64,000 bases of DNA from Limisphaerales bacterium. GTDB lineage: Bacteria > Verrucomicrobiota > Verrucomicrobiia > Limisphaerales > JBGAJN01. A program made the translations under genes and the position numbers. The stretch is from contig JBGAJN010000002.1 in assembly GCA_044224905.1 (NCBI GenBank), positions 642,133 through 706,132 on the forward strand, given 5' to 3'. Shown piece by piece: positions 17,231-26,411 of the stretch. A model generated the notes under the pieces. The model did not search any database and was not told the DNA's origin. It was given only the letters and a program-made list of their open reading frames with translations. How positions within the stretch are numbered: position 1 is the stretch's first letter; every line of letters starts with the position of its first letter.

Positions 17231-18260
17231 TATCTTTGCCTGTCTTGCCGAGCTCATCACTGCGAAATTGAAGGTGGTCTGTCTCTTGAGCCCCTTCCTC
17301 CTCGGTTGGGTCCGTTGTATCGCCACGGCAGCGGAGATCGAAGTCGTTGCCGGAGGCGGCACCGCTGTCGAGGGTGCGCCGGCGCGTCAGTGCAAGATCA
17401 GCCAGCCGTTTGGCGTCGCCTTCGATGCACAGGACAATATGTTCATTTGCGAGGAAACCCATCGATTGCTGCGCGTGGATGCGAAGGCCGGCGTTCTCTC
17501 GGTGGTCTCGGGTGCGAAGAAAAAGGACGCCCCGCTCGGCGATGGCGGACCGGTCCAGCAGGCGAGTTTTGCTGCGCCACACAACCTCGTCGCTGACGCG
17601 CAGGGGAATCTTTTCGTTGCCGACACGTTTCACTACCGGGTGCGCCGCGTGGATGGCAAGACCGGAGTCGTGACCACGTTCGCCGGCAACGGCACCAAGG
17701 AACTTAGCGGCGATGGCGGTCCGGCGAAGAACGCGGGCCTCGATGGCCTCGCCTGCCTGTGCTTCAACCAAGACTTCACGAAGCTCTACCTCGGCGGTTT
17801 CAGCAAGGTCATCCGCGTGGTGGACATGCGCACCGGTGTCATCAACACCGTGAAGGGCATCGGCGGCAGTCGGGCGATGGCGGTGGATTCCAAGGGTAAC
17901 GTGTTCACACCGTCGCGACTCGGCGTGCGCCGCCTCAGCCCTGATGGCAAGGCCGCGACGCTCGAAGACCCGACCGCCTCGCCCCCGCTCAATGGCGTGA
18001 AACACATCTGGGCCGATCGCGATGATAACCTGCTCATTGCCGATGCGAGCAACCATCTCATCCGCAAGTTCGTGGTCGCGCAAAAGAAGCTGATCACTCT
18101 GGCCGGCACCGGCACGAAGGGTGCGGCAGGCGTTCCCGGCCCCGCATTGCAAGCCCAGTTGGGCGAACCACACGGAGTCACGACCCACCCGCGCACGGGT
18201 GACATTTACATTGCCGATTCACGCAATCATCGCGTGCTGCGTATCAAATCCAACGAGTAA
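17190..18260 (+). CDS. NHL-repeat beta-propeller protein (secreted)
   Basis: NHL-like repeats (PFGVAFDAQDNMFICEE, PHNLVADAQGNLFVADTFHYRVRRV, PHGVTTHPRTGDIYIADSRNHRVLRI). The first 13 codons are the duplicated segment. An in-frame TTG at 17268 would give a clean signal peptide (M)KVVCLLSPFLLGWVRCIATAA, so the true start is uncertain. Confidence 0.7.
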   Translation: MSEPFKLTRIPSLNIFACLAELITAKLKVVCLLSPFLLGWVRCIATAAEIEVVAGGGTAVEGAPARQCKISQPFGVAFDAQDNMFICEETHRLLRVDAKAGVLSVVSGAKKKDAPLGDGGPVQQASFAAPHNLVADAQGNLFVADTFHYRVRRVDGKTGVVTTFAGNGTKELSGDGGPAKNAGLDGLACLCFNQDFTKLYLGGFSKVIRVVDMRTGVINTVKGIGGSRAMAVDSKGNVFTPSRLGVRRLSPDGKAATLEDPTASPPLNGVKHIWADRDDNLLIADASNHLIRKFVVAQKKLITLAGTGTKGAAGVPGPALQAQLGEPHGVTTHPRTGDIYIADSRNHRVLRIKSNE

Positions 18261-18307
18261 AACTTTATGAGTGAACCCTTCAAACTGACCCGCATCCCGT
18301 CGCTGAA
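18259..18307 (+). repeat. 49-nt perfect direct repeat, copy 2
   Basis: Identical to 17182-17230. It provides the ATG and first 13 codons of the flavin oxidoreductase gene. Confidence 0.95.
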
Positions 18308-19754
18308 GACGGTCGATGATTTTCGTAAACACTGCGCCGCGCTCCGCATCGAACTGCCGTGCGAGGACGCGATTGAAAAAGGCGAAGCGTCGCCGCTCGC
18401 GCAACCGGTGGCGAACGTCACCATCAACGGCAAGCGCATCGGCAACCGCGTGGCCATTCATCCGATGGAAGGTTGGGATGGCACGACGACCGGCGGCTTG
18501 AGCGAGGAGATGCGCCGGCGCTGGCAGCGCTTTGGCGAGAGCGGCGCGAAGTTGATCTGCGGCGCGGAGGCGATGGCCGTGCGTCCCGACGGGCGCGCAA
18601 ATCCGAATCAGCTCATCATCATTGAGCAGAACAAAACCGGGCTCGCGGAGTTGATGGTCATTTTGAAGAAGGCGCACGCGGAGCGTTACGGCACGACGGA
18701 CGATCTCGTGATCGGCTTTCAGCTCACGCACTCGGGGCGTTTCTGCAAACCGAACGGTAAGACGACCTACGAGCCGCGCGTGGCGTTCCGGCATCCGATC
18801 CTCGATCCAAAGTTCAAGGTCACGAGCGACGCGCAGGTCTTCACCGACGTGGAGATCGAACAACTCATCCAGGACTACATCAAGGCAGCGAAGATCGCGT
18901 GGGACGTGGGCGCGGACTTTGTGGACCTCAAGCATTGCCACGGCTACCTGCTGCACGAATTCCTCGGCGCGCACACGCGACCCGGCAAGTTCGGCGGCAG
19001 TTTCGAAAACCGCACGCGCATCCTGCGCGAGATTGTCGCGGGCATCCGCGCGAGCGGCAACAAGATCGAGTTCGGCGTGCGCCTGAGCACATTCGACAAG
19101 GTGCCGCATCGTCCCGATCCTGCGCTCAGCGTGCCCGGCAAGCTCGGCCCCGGCATCCCGGAGGATTTCAGCAAGTGCCTGCCGTATCGCTACGGCTTCG
19201 GCGTGAACCAAAACGACCCGACGCAGATCGACATCGCAGAGACGTTTCAGTTCGTCGAACTCTGCGCGCAACTTGGCGTGAAGATTCTGAACACGACCGC
19301 GGGCTCGCCTTACTACACACCGCATCTGCAACGTCCCGCCGCGTATCCGCCGAGCGACGGCTATCAGCCGGCGTATGATCCGCTGATCGACTTGGAGCGG
19401 CAGGTGCAGGTCGTTCGCCAACTGCGGGCGAGAGCGCCGAAGGACATGGTCATCGTCGGCTCCGGCCTGAGCTACCTGCAGGAGTTTCTCCCGCACGTTT
19501 CGCAGTATCTCTTGCGGAACAATTGGGCCGACATGGTTGGCATCGGCCGCGCGGTGTTGAGCTATCCAAACATGCTGGCCGACGCCGCGACGAAAGGTGA
19601 AATCGAGAAGCGCTTCATCTGCCGTACCTTCAGCGACTGCACCACCGCGCCGCGCAACGGCCTCATCAGCGGCTGTTACCCGCTCGACAAATACTACACC
19701 GCGAAGCCCGAGGCAGCGCAGTTGAAGGAAATCAAGAAGCGCGTCGGGGCGTGA
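18267..19754 (+). CDS. NADH:flavin oxidoreductase, Old Yellow Enzyme family
   Basis: TIM-barrel OYE signatures: AIHPMEGWD, QLTHSGR, ADFVDLKHCHGYLLHEFLGAHTRPGKFGGSFENRTRILREIV and GIGRAVLSYPN. Confidence 0.8.
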   Translation: MSEPFKLTRIPSLKTVDDFRKHCAALRIELPCEDAIEKGEASPLAQPVANVTINGKRIGNRVAIHPMEGWDGTTTGGLSEEMRRRWQRFGESGAKLICGAEAMAVRPDGRANPNQLIIIEQNKTGLAELMVILKKAHAERYGTTDDLVIGFQLTHSGRFCKPNGKTTYEPRVAFRHPILDPKFKVTSDAQVFTDVEIEQLIQDYIKAAKIAWDVGADFVDLKHCHGYLLHEFLGAHTRPGKFGGSFENRTRILREIVAGIRASGNKIEFGVRLSTFDKVPHRPDPALSVPGKLGPGIPEDFSKCLPYRYGFGVNQNDPTQIDIAETFQFVELCAQLGVKILNTTAGSPYYTPHLQRPAAYPPSDGYQPAYDPLIDLERQVQVVRQLRARAPKDMVIVGSGLSYLQEFLPHVSQYLLRNNWADMVGIGRAVLSYPNMLADAATKGEIEKRFICRTFSDCTTAPRNGLISGCYPLDKYYTAKPEAAQLKEIKKRVGA

Positions 19755-19820
19755 ACCGTTTCCGAGGCTGTCCTTCGTGAATGGTTTCGGGCAGAATCTG
19801 TCTGTTCTCGAATTTGTAAC

Positions 19821-22277
19821 ATGACGCATCTGCTTCCACGAGCCCTCCGGTCCTTTTGCCTGGTCACGATTGCCGCGGGCGTTGGAGCGGTCGCGAGTAG
19901 CAGGGCTCAGGCTGCCGCTCCCAAAACGACGGCTGAGCTCGATAGCTTGGTGAAGCCATTCTTCAAGGAGCACTGCGCGAGTTGTCACGGCGTTAAGAAG
20001 CAGAAGGGCGATCTGCGCGTCGATACGTTGGCGGTCGATTACGGCTCGCCAAAAATCATGGGGCATTGGGAGGAGATTATGAACCGCATCAACTCCGGCG
20101 ACATGCCCCCGGAGACGGAGCCGCGTCCGAAACCGGCCGAGATCGCACGCGTGGCGGAATGGATCGTCGGGCAACTGCGGGAAGCGGAAACGGCAAAACA
20201 ATCGTCCGCGGGTGAGAAGGTGGCGTTCCGCAAACTCTCACGCGAAGAATATGCGAACACCGTTCGAGATCTGCTCGGTGTGCATTTCGACGTGAAGAGT
20301 CCCACCGGATTGCCAGAGGATCCGGACTGGAAGGGTTTTGAGCGCATCGGTTCGGTGCTGACTCTGTCCCCGGCTCACGTGGAAAAATATTTGTCCGCTG
20401 CGGAAGCAATTCTCGACGAGGCGTTGTCCATTCGTCGCGAACCGAAGCGCGAAGTGGTTCGTTGGGGCGCCTTCGACATGCGTTGGAAAAGCTACAAGGA
20501 AGAATACGAGGCGCGCGGCATCGCGGATCAGGTGCGCATCGAGATCGTGCCAAACAATTACACCACCGACACGTGGAACATCGATGTGAAGACCACTGGT
20601 GAATATATGCTCCGTCTCAAGCTCAGCGGGTTGCGCCCCGCAGGCGGGCGGGCGCCACGGCTGAAGGTTTATCTCTCGAGCGTCGACAAGACTTTGATCG
20701 AGTGCGACGTGGACACGGCTGAGGACAAACCGGTCACGGTCGAAGCGCGCGTGCATCTGATGGCCGGGAAATATCCCGTGCGCATCATCAACTCGGTGCC
20801 GGGGCCAAATCCCGAAGGCCGTCGTTCGCGACATTCGGGAACGCCCAACGCGTTCACGACTACGCGCAGCCGCGTGCCGTGGCAGTTGAAACTTACGGAC
20901 GACGATTTCAAGCCGATCCAGCCAACGCTCATCATCGACTCCGTGGAATGGGACGGGCCGATTGTTGATTCGTGGCCGACGGCGGCACATCAGCGCATTT
21001 TCTTTGGCGGAGAGAAGGCGACCAAGGACGCCGCCTATGCGCGCGAGATCGTGACGCGCTTTGCGGAGCGCGCGTGGCGTCGTCCGGTGCAGGCCAAGGA
21101 AATTGATCACGTTCTCAAGCCGTTCGAGCAGGCGCAGAAACTTGGGGACAGTTTCGAATTGTCGGTGAAGAACTCGCTGGTGGCCGTGTTGTGCGCGAAG
21201 AGCTTTCTTTATTTGGAAGAAGGCAACGTGGCCAAAGCCGCACCGAAGTTGACGGACGCGGAGTTGGCCTCGCGGCTGTCGTATTTTCTTTGGAGCACCA
21301 CGCCCGATCAACGCCTGTTGGATCTCGCGCGCGGCGGCAAGCTGGACCAGCCCGCGACGTTACGCGCCGAAGTCCAGCGCATGTTGAAGGATGCCAGGGC
21401 CGCGGAGTTCGCCAGTAGCTTCCCGCGCCAATGGCTGCAACTGCGCCGTGTGGGAATGTTTCCGCCCGACAAGGTGCTGTATCCTGAATACGACGAGAAC
21501 TTGGAGCAAAGCATGGTCGCAGAGACGCTGGGATTCTTTGGTGACGTGCTCACGCGCAATGGCAGCCTGCGCGAATTCCTGGACTCCGATTGGACGTTGC
21601 TGAACGAACGTCTCGCCACGCACTACGGCATCGATGGCATTCGCGGTGACCAGTTGCAGCGCGTGTCGCTCAAGCCGGAGGATCATCGGGGCGGGTTGCT
21701 CACGCAGGGCGCGGTGCTCAGCCTTACCTCCGACGGCACGCGCCATCGGCCGGTTCATCGTGGTGTTTGGGTGCTCGAATCGATCATTGGAAAACCGCCG
21801 CCGCCGCCACCGGCGAACGTGCCGGCACTCAGCACGCCCGAAGCGAAAGCCAAGAAGACAACCGTTCGCGAGAAGCTGGAACAGCACCGTGCGGATCCGA
21901 ATTGCACTGCCTGCCACAACAAGATCGACCCGCTCGGTGTCGCCTTCGACAACTATGACGCCATTGGCCGCTGGCGCACGGTCGAGAGCGTGCGCGATGG
22001 CGTTGGAGAAGATCCGAAATTGGAGCCCAGCGGTGTGCTTGCTGACGGACGGAAGTTCAATGACTCGGTCGAGTTGAAGAAGCTTCTGCTCGCGGACACT
22101 GACAAGTTTGCCGTCGCGTTCACCGAGAAGCTGGCGACCTATGCGTTGCGGCGCGGCATGACATTTTCCGATCGAGAAGAGTTGAAGCGCATCGCCGAAC
22201 AATCCAAACGCGGCGGCTACAAGCTTGCTGCGCTGATCGAATCGCTTGTCACCAGTCCGCTGTTTCTTAAACGCTAA
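19821..22277 (+). CDS. DUF1592/DUF1588-type protein with an N-terminal PVC-type cytochrome c-like motif
   Basis: 818-aa ORF with a signal peptide. CASCHGVKKQKGDLRVDT matches the planctomycete-type haem motif, and a second motif CTACHNKIDPLG lies near the C-terminus. It pairs with the DUF1552 gene 12 nt downstream. Confidence 0.7.
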   Translation: MTHLLPRALRSFCLVTIAAGVGAVASSRAQAAAPKTTAELDSLVKPFFKEHCASCHGVKKQKGDLRVDTLAVDYGSPKIMGHWEEIMNRINSGDMPPETEPRPKPAEIARVAEWIVGQLREAETAKQSSAGEKVAFRKLSREEYANTVRDLLGVHFDVKSPTGLPEDPDWKGFERIGSVLTLSPAHVEKYLSAAEAILDEALSIRREPKREVVRWGAFDMRWKSYKEEYEARGIADQVRIEIVPNNYTTDTWNIDVKTTGEYMLRLKLSGLRPAGGRAPRLKVYLSSVDKTLIECDVDTAEDKPVTVEARVHLMAGKYPVRIINSVPGPNPEGRRSRHSGTPNAFTTTRSRVPWQLKLTDDDFKPIQPTLIIDSVEWDGPIVDSWPTAAHQRIFFGGEKATKDAAYAREIVTRFAERAWRRPVQAKEIDHVLKPFEQAQKLGDSFELSVKNSLVAVLCAKSFLYLEEGNVAKAAPKLTDAELASRLSYFLWSTTPDQRLLDLARGGKLDQPATLRAEVQRMLKDARAAEFASSFPRQWLQLRRVGMFPPDKVLYPEYDENLEQSMVAETLGFFGDVLTRNGSLREFLDSDWTLLNERLATHYGIDGIRGDQLQRVSLKPEDHRGGLLTQGAVLSLTSDGTRHRPVHRGVWVLESIIGKPPPPPPANVPALSTPEAKAKKTTVREKLEQHRADPNCTACHNKIDPLGVAFDNYDAIGRWRTVESVRDGVGEDPKLEPSGVLADGRKFNDSVELKKLLLADTDKFAVAFTEKLATYALRRGMTFSDREELKRIAEQSKRGGYKLAALIESLVTSPLFLKR

Positions 22278-22289
22278 ACCCGCACCGCC

Positions 22290-23687
22290 ATGAGCAATCT
22301 CCTCACTCAACGTTGGCTTTTGAACCGCCGCCATTTCCTGCGCGGCCTCGGCACGATGATGGCGCTGCCGCTACTCGACGCCATGATGCCTTTGCGCGCG
22401 AACGCCGCCGCGACGACCAAGCCGCGGCGCAGTGTGTTCGTTTACATTCCGAACGGCGTGAACGGCATGACGTGGCAGGTCACGAAACCGGGGCGTGAGT
22501 TCGAATTGTCGCCGTCGCTCAAGCCGCTCGCGAAACATCGGAACGATTTCACCGTGTTCAGCGGACTGCATCATCCAAACGGTCTCGGGCAGGCGCATGT
22601 GTGCGCGGACACGTGGCTGACCGGCGCCAAGATCGATGCGCAGGGAGGACGAAAGTATGAGAACACGATTTCGTGCGATCAAATGATGGCGGAGGTGGTG
22701 GGGCAACAGACTCGCTTTCCGTCGCTGGAACTTTCCATCTCGTCCGGCACGGGACACCCCTTCGGCACCAACACGCTGGCGTTCTCGCGCGATGGTGTGC
22801 CGCTTCCCGCGGAGGATAATCCGAAACTCATCTTCAACCGTCTCTTCGGCGAAGAAACCGGCGGGATTGCCGCGCAACGCGCGCGGTTGACGAAACGTCG
22901 CAGTGTGCTCGATGCCGTCCTGGAGGACGCGAAATCGCTGCGGCGCGGTCTCGGAAAGGACGATCGCACCAAGCTCGACGAGTATTTGCACTCCGTGCGC
23001 GATGTGGAGCAGCGCACGGAACGGCTGGATTCGTGGCTCGATGTGCCGAAGCCGGCCCTCGAGAAAAAACTGGCCGAGCCGTTTCAGCGCGATGTGCCGA
23101 AGGCGAAAGCCGGCGAATACTGGCGCACGATGTTTGACCTGATCGTGCTCGCGTTGCGCACGGACATGACGCGCGTGGTGACTTACATGAACGGCAGCGA
23201 GGGCAATGGCCTCGCTATTCCCGAGATCGGCATCACGCAGGCGCGGCACAATCTATCGCATCACAACGGCGACCCCGTGGTGCTCGAGCGCCTCGCGAAG
23301 AGTGATGCCTTCATCATGGAACAGTTCGCGCACTTCCTCGACGAGCTGCGTGCAATTAAAGACGGCGCTGAACCGTTGCTTGACCGTACCATGGTGCTTT
23401 TCGGCAGCGGCATGAGTTACGGCCACAGTCATTGCAACAGCAACCTGCCCATCCTGCTCGCAGGCGGACGGAGTCTTGGCTTCAAGCACGGCCAGCACAT
23501 TGACTACAACAAGCCGCATTTGAAGGAAGACTACACACTCAGCTACGACGAGTGGCGTTCGTTGTGCGGCAAGCCCAAGGACGAAAAGGCGCGGTTGAGC
23601 AACCTCATGCTCACGATGCTGCAAAAGATGGAGGTCAACACGGAGAAGTTCGTCGACAGCCTCGGGCCCGTCAGCGAGGTGGTTTGA
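22290..23687 (+). CDS. DUF1552 domain-containing protein (Tat signal)
   Basis: Twin-arginine leader NRRHFLRGLGTMMALPLLDAM and typical segments RSVFVYIPNGV, SGLHH, LDEYLHSVRDVE and LFGSGMSYGHSH. Confidence 0.75.
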   Translation: MSNLLTQRWLLNRRHFLRGLGTMMALPLLDAMMPLRANAAATTKPRRSVFVYIPNGVNGMTWQVTKPGREFELSPSLKPLAKHRNDFTVFSGLHHPNGLGQAHVCADTWLTGAKIDAQGGRKYENTISCDQMMAEVVGQQTRFPSLELSISSGTGHPFGTNTLAFSRDGVPLPAEDNPKLIFNRLFGEETGGIAAQRARLTKRRSVLDAVLEDAKSLRRGLGKDDRTKLDEYLHSVRDVEQRTERLDSWLDVPKPALEKKLAEPFQRDVPKAKAGEYWRTMFDLIVLALRTDMTRVVTYMNGSEGNGLAIPEIGITQARHNLSHHNGDPVVLERLAKSDAFIMEQFAHFLDELRAIKDGAEPLLDRTMVLFGSGMSYGHSHCNSNLPILLAGGRSLGFKHGQHIDYNKPHLKEDYTLSYDEWRSLCGKPKDEKARLSNLMLTMLQKMEVNTEKFVDSLGPVSEVV

Positions 23688-23705
23688 TTCAGGGATAACG
23701 CGTTC

Positions 23706-24824
23706 ATGTTCTCAGCCTTCTTCCAATGCGCGCCGCTGCTCTTGACGCTCTTCGCTGTCAGCGCGCTCGCCGCCGATATTGAGATCAGCGAAACACTCCA
23801 GCTTCCCGAGTGTCACAGCATCGGCTGGGTGCGGGCGAATGCCGGCGTGAAAGCGCAAGGCGCGGGTAATCTAATCCTTGATGAAGCGAAATGGGGCACG
23901 CCTTCGCCCGGACAGATCGTCGAGCAACATTGGGACTGGAACCTTAGCGATGCGCAATGGGCCGACGCGGTGAAGCAGAAGGGCGAGGGCAAGCGCGAGG
24001 ACGTGAAGTTCGACCTCTGGCTGCCCGAGGGTGTTCGCACCGTGCGGGGCATCGTCGTCATCTCGGGCCACGGCAGCGGCGAAGCGCTCTACAAGAATGC
24101 CGAACTGAGGAAGATCGCGCGTGAGTTGCATCTGGCGTTGTTCAAATTCATTGGCAATCCCATGCAGCGTGGTTTTTGGCCACGCAGTCTGCTCGATCAG
24201 CGCATCGCCGCCTTCGCGGAGAAATCCCAGCATCCCGAGCTCAATCGCGCGCCGCTTTTTCTCTACGGTCACTCGAACGGCACCGGATTCTCGGCCATTT
24301 ATCCCGCCGTTGAGGGTTCACGCGTCTGGGCGTGGATCTCCATGCGTCCGGGAACGACTTTTCAAGTGTATCAGCCGAAAGGCGCGCAAGCTCCCGGCAT
24401 GATCATTTTCGGCGAGGACGACGCCTTCTTCGCGCGGCCGTCGAAGGAGCAAAACATGGGCGTCGTCGAGACGATGCGGAAGAAGCACAACGCCCTCTGG
24501 AATTTCGCCGTTGAGCCGAAGACCGGTCATGGCCCCGGAGAGAAAACTTGGCCGCTGGTCTTTTCTTTTCTGCGCCACAGCTTCGCTGCGCGGGTGCCTG
24601 CCGATGCCGATCCAGCAAGCGGCGCCGTGAAACTTATCACTCTCAAGGCGGATGCCGGTCATCTCGGCCAAAACTGGAACGCAGCGAAAGGCGGTTACCA
24701 GACGCTACCCACTGCCTCCTTCGCCAAGTTCGCTGGCGACAAGACCATCGCCTCGTGGCTGGTCAACGCTGGCTTCGCCGCCGATTGGCAAACCTTTCAA
24801 CGTGACGGACGGCTCGCCCGATGA
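23706..24824 (+). CDS. Secreted alpha/beta-hydrolase-like protein (putative esterase)
   Basis: Signal peptide. Nucleophile-elbow-like LYGHSNGTGF, later IIFGEDDAFF and PKTGHGP, giving a Ser-Asp-His order. The function is inferred. Confidence 0.45.
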   Translation: MFSAFFQCAPLLLTLFAVSALAADIEISETLQLPECHSIGWVRANAGVKAQGAGNLILDEAKWGTPSPGQIVEQHWDWNLSDAQWADAVKQKGEGKREDVKFDLWLPEGVRTVRGIVVISGHGSGEALYKNAELRKIARELHLALFKFIGNPMQRGFWPRSLLDQRIAAFAEKSQHPELNRAPLFLYGHSNGTGFSAIYPAVEGSRVWAWISMRPGTTFQVYQPKGAQAPGMIIFGEDDAFFARPSKEQNMGVVETMRKKHNALWNFAVEPKTGHGPGEKTWPLVFSFLRHSFAARVPADADPASGAVKLITLKADAGHLGQNWNAAKGGYQTLPTASFAKFAGDKTIASWLVNAGFAADWQTFQRDGRLAR

Positions 24825-26290
24825 TTTCCCAATTTTTCATGCGCCTTCTTTCCTGCCTTGTTCTCTTCGCGCTGCCGCTGCAAGCCGTCGAGCTGACATT
24901 TCCCAAGCTGGCCGAGGCCAAACGTATCCACGGTGAACTCGTGAACATCGATTTCATTCATCGCAGCGGCCAGTTCCGTGCGGAGAAGGGCGAGTTGATG
25001 GATTTTACGATGCCGCCCTACGCCATCATGAAGTATCGCGGCAGCGAATCCGATCTGCGCGACGTCCCGCTTGGCGCGAAGCTCGACTTCCTGCTCCTTC
25101 CCGACGCCGATGGCAAACCCACGCGCCTCCTGACGACGCGTGACGAGCAAGCGCCCGATCCCGAGCAGCAGAAAAAATTCCGCAGCTTCACCGAACGGCG
25201 GGGCGTGGCCGGATGGATCGACAAGACCGAAGGCCGCTTCGTCACGGTCACTTTGTTCAGCGGTGATCCGAAGACTTATCGGGCCGTGTATGGCGAGCTT
25301 CTCGCCAAAGACAAGAGCGCCACCCTATGCGTGGCCAACGACGAGTTGCGCACATGGAACCCCGGCGTCGATGGCGAGCGCGGTGCCATTCAGGAAGTGC
25401 GGCAAGTTCCCAACCACCACTTCGGCTGCAGCGGTTATCAGATCGTGATCCGTGTGCCCAACATGCTGGAGGGCTTTCGTCGCGGCCGTGTTGTGCGCGT
25501 CTTTCTGAGCGGCTGGAAACTGCAGGACCAGTTCTATGGCGAGAGCTTGATGGGCTACGGCTACGCGCGTTTGCTGAATCAGGAACTCACGGAGAATCCG
25601 GCGAAGGAATATTCCGAGCAGTTTCCGTTTCGCACCGACTACGGTAATGCACACCTGCCCTGGTATCAGTTGAAGCCCGGTGTGAAGCCGCCGCCATTCT
25701 CTGAACACCTCGTTCTCGGTGAGCTGGTGAAAGCAGACGCGGCGACACGCGGCGGACAGTTTCGCGTCGAGCGCACCGGCGAGTTGGTTCCGTTCACGTT
25801 GATTCCGAGTGGCGTCGTCAAGTATCTCGGCAGCGAGGCCGGGTTGGAGATGATTCCCGTCGGCACGCGCTGTCGGTTTCACCTGTATCAGGATGTGCGG
25901 GGTGCGTTCACCCAGGCGAGCGTCGTCAGCGATGAAGTCAGCTTTTTCGTAGCGAATACCATCAGTTACCGAATTGATTCCCTCATACTGGGCGAAGGCA
26001 AATTGCTCGTCGCGCGTCAGCTCCCTGAAGTGAAGAACTACAATGGCGACATGGAACGCCCGCCGGACATTGCGCGCGCGGAGCTCCGTGTCTCCGCCGA
26101 AACCCGTGTCTGGAAGGGGACGCAACAGTTGAAGCTTGCCGAACTCGCGATCGGTGATGTCTTGCTCGTCAATCTCACCAGCGAGCAGCCCGGCAAGCCT
26201 TCCCGTTGCACCGACATTTGGGTGGGCGCGGAAACGCACAAACTCCTCGTTGAAAAATATGGCAAAGCATCGAAAGGTGCGAAGCGGTAA
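24821..26290 (+). CDS. Secreted protein of unknown function with an internally duplicated module
   Basis: The start overlaps the upstream stop (ATGA). Signal peptide LLSCLVLFALPLQA. The module HGELVNIDFIHRSGQFRAEKGELMDFTMPPYAIMKYRGSESDL recurs as LGELVKADAATRGGQFRVERTGELVPFTLIPSGVVKYLGSEAGL. Confidence 0.5.
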   Translation: MISQFFMRLLSCLVLFALPLQAVELTFPKLAEAKRIHGELVNIDFIHRSGQFRAEKGELMDFTMPPYAIMKYRGSESDLRDVPLGAKLDFLLLPDADGKPTRLLTTRDEQAPDPEQQKKFRSFTERRGVAGWIDKTEGRFVTVTLFSGDPKTYRAVYGELLAKDKSATLCVANDELRTWNPGVDGERGAIQEVRQVPNHHFGCSGYQIVIRVPNMLEGFRRGRVVRVFLSGWKLQDQFYGESLMGYGYARLLNQELTENPAKEYSEQFPFRTDYGNAHLPWYQLKPGVKPPPFSEHLVLGELVKADAATRGGQFRVERTGELVPFTLIPSGVVKYLGSEAGLEMIPVGTRCRFHLYQDVRGAFTQASVVSDEVSFFVANTISYRIDSLILGEGKLLVARQLPEVKNYNGDMERPPDIARAELRVSAETRVWKGTQQLKLAELAIGDVLLVNLTSEQPGKPSRCTDIWVGAETHKLLVEKYGKASKGAKR

Positions 26291-26411
26291 CTTCCAAGGG
26301 TGAACTAAGTCAAAAGATGGTTGGTGATGGACCGCGAGGTTCGGTTTGATTTGATCAAGCTCACCGCGCGTTCGTCCTCATTTGGGCCCGCGTTGAGCAG
26401 GTCCAGCTTCG

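Noticed and set aside
18219-20201. 660-aa minus-strand ORF, plus other very long antisense ORFs: 16004-17362, 17163-18188, 20238-21311, 21360-22334, 25325-26239, 29983-31620, 48823-50079, 52829-53833, 54928-55842, 57752-59020 and 61090-62484
   Set aside because: Each lies antisense to, or out of frame with, a gene that has clear family motifs (OYE, DUF1592, ugd, NDK, RNase D, MurQ and others). Their translations are Arg/Ala/His/Gly-rich with no recognisable motifs, which is the usual artefact of stop-poor GC-rich DNA.
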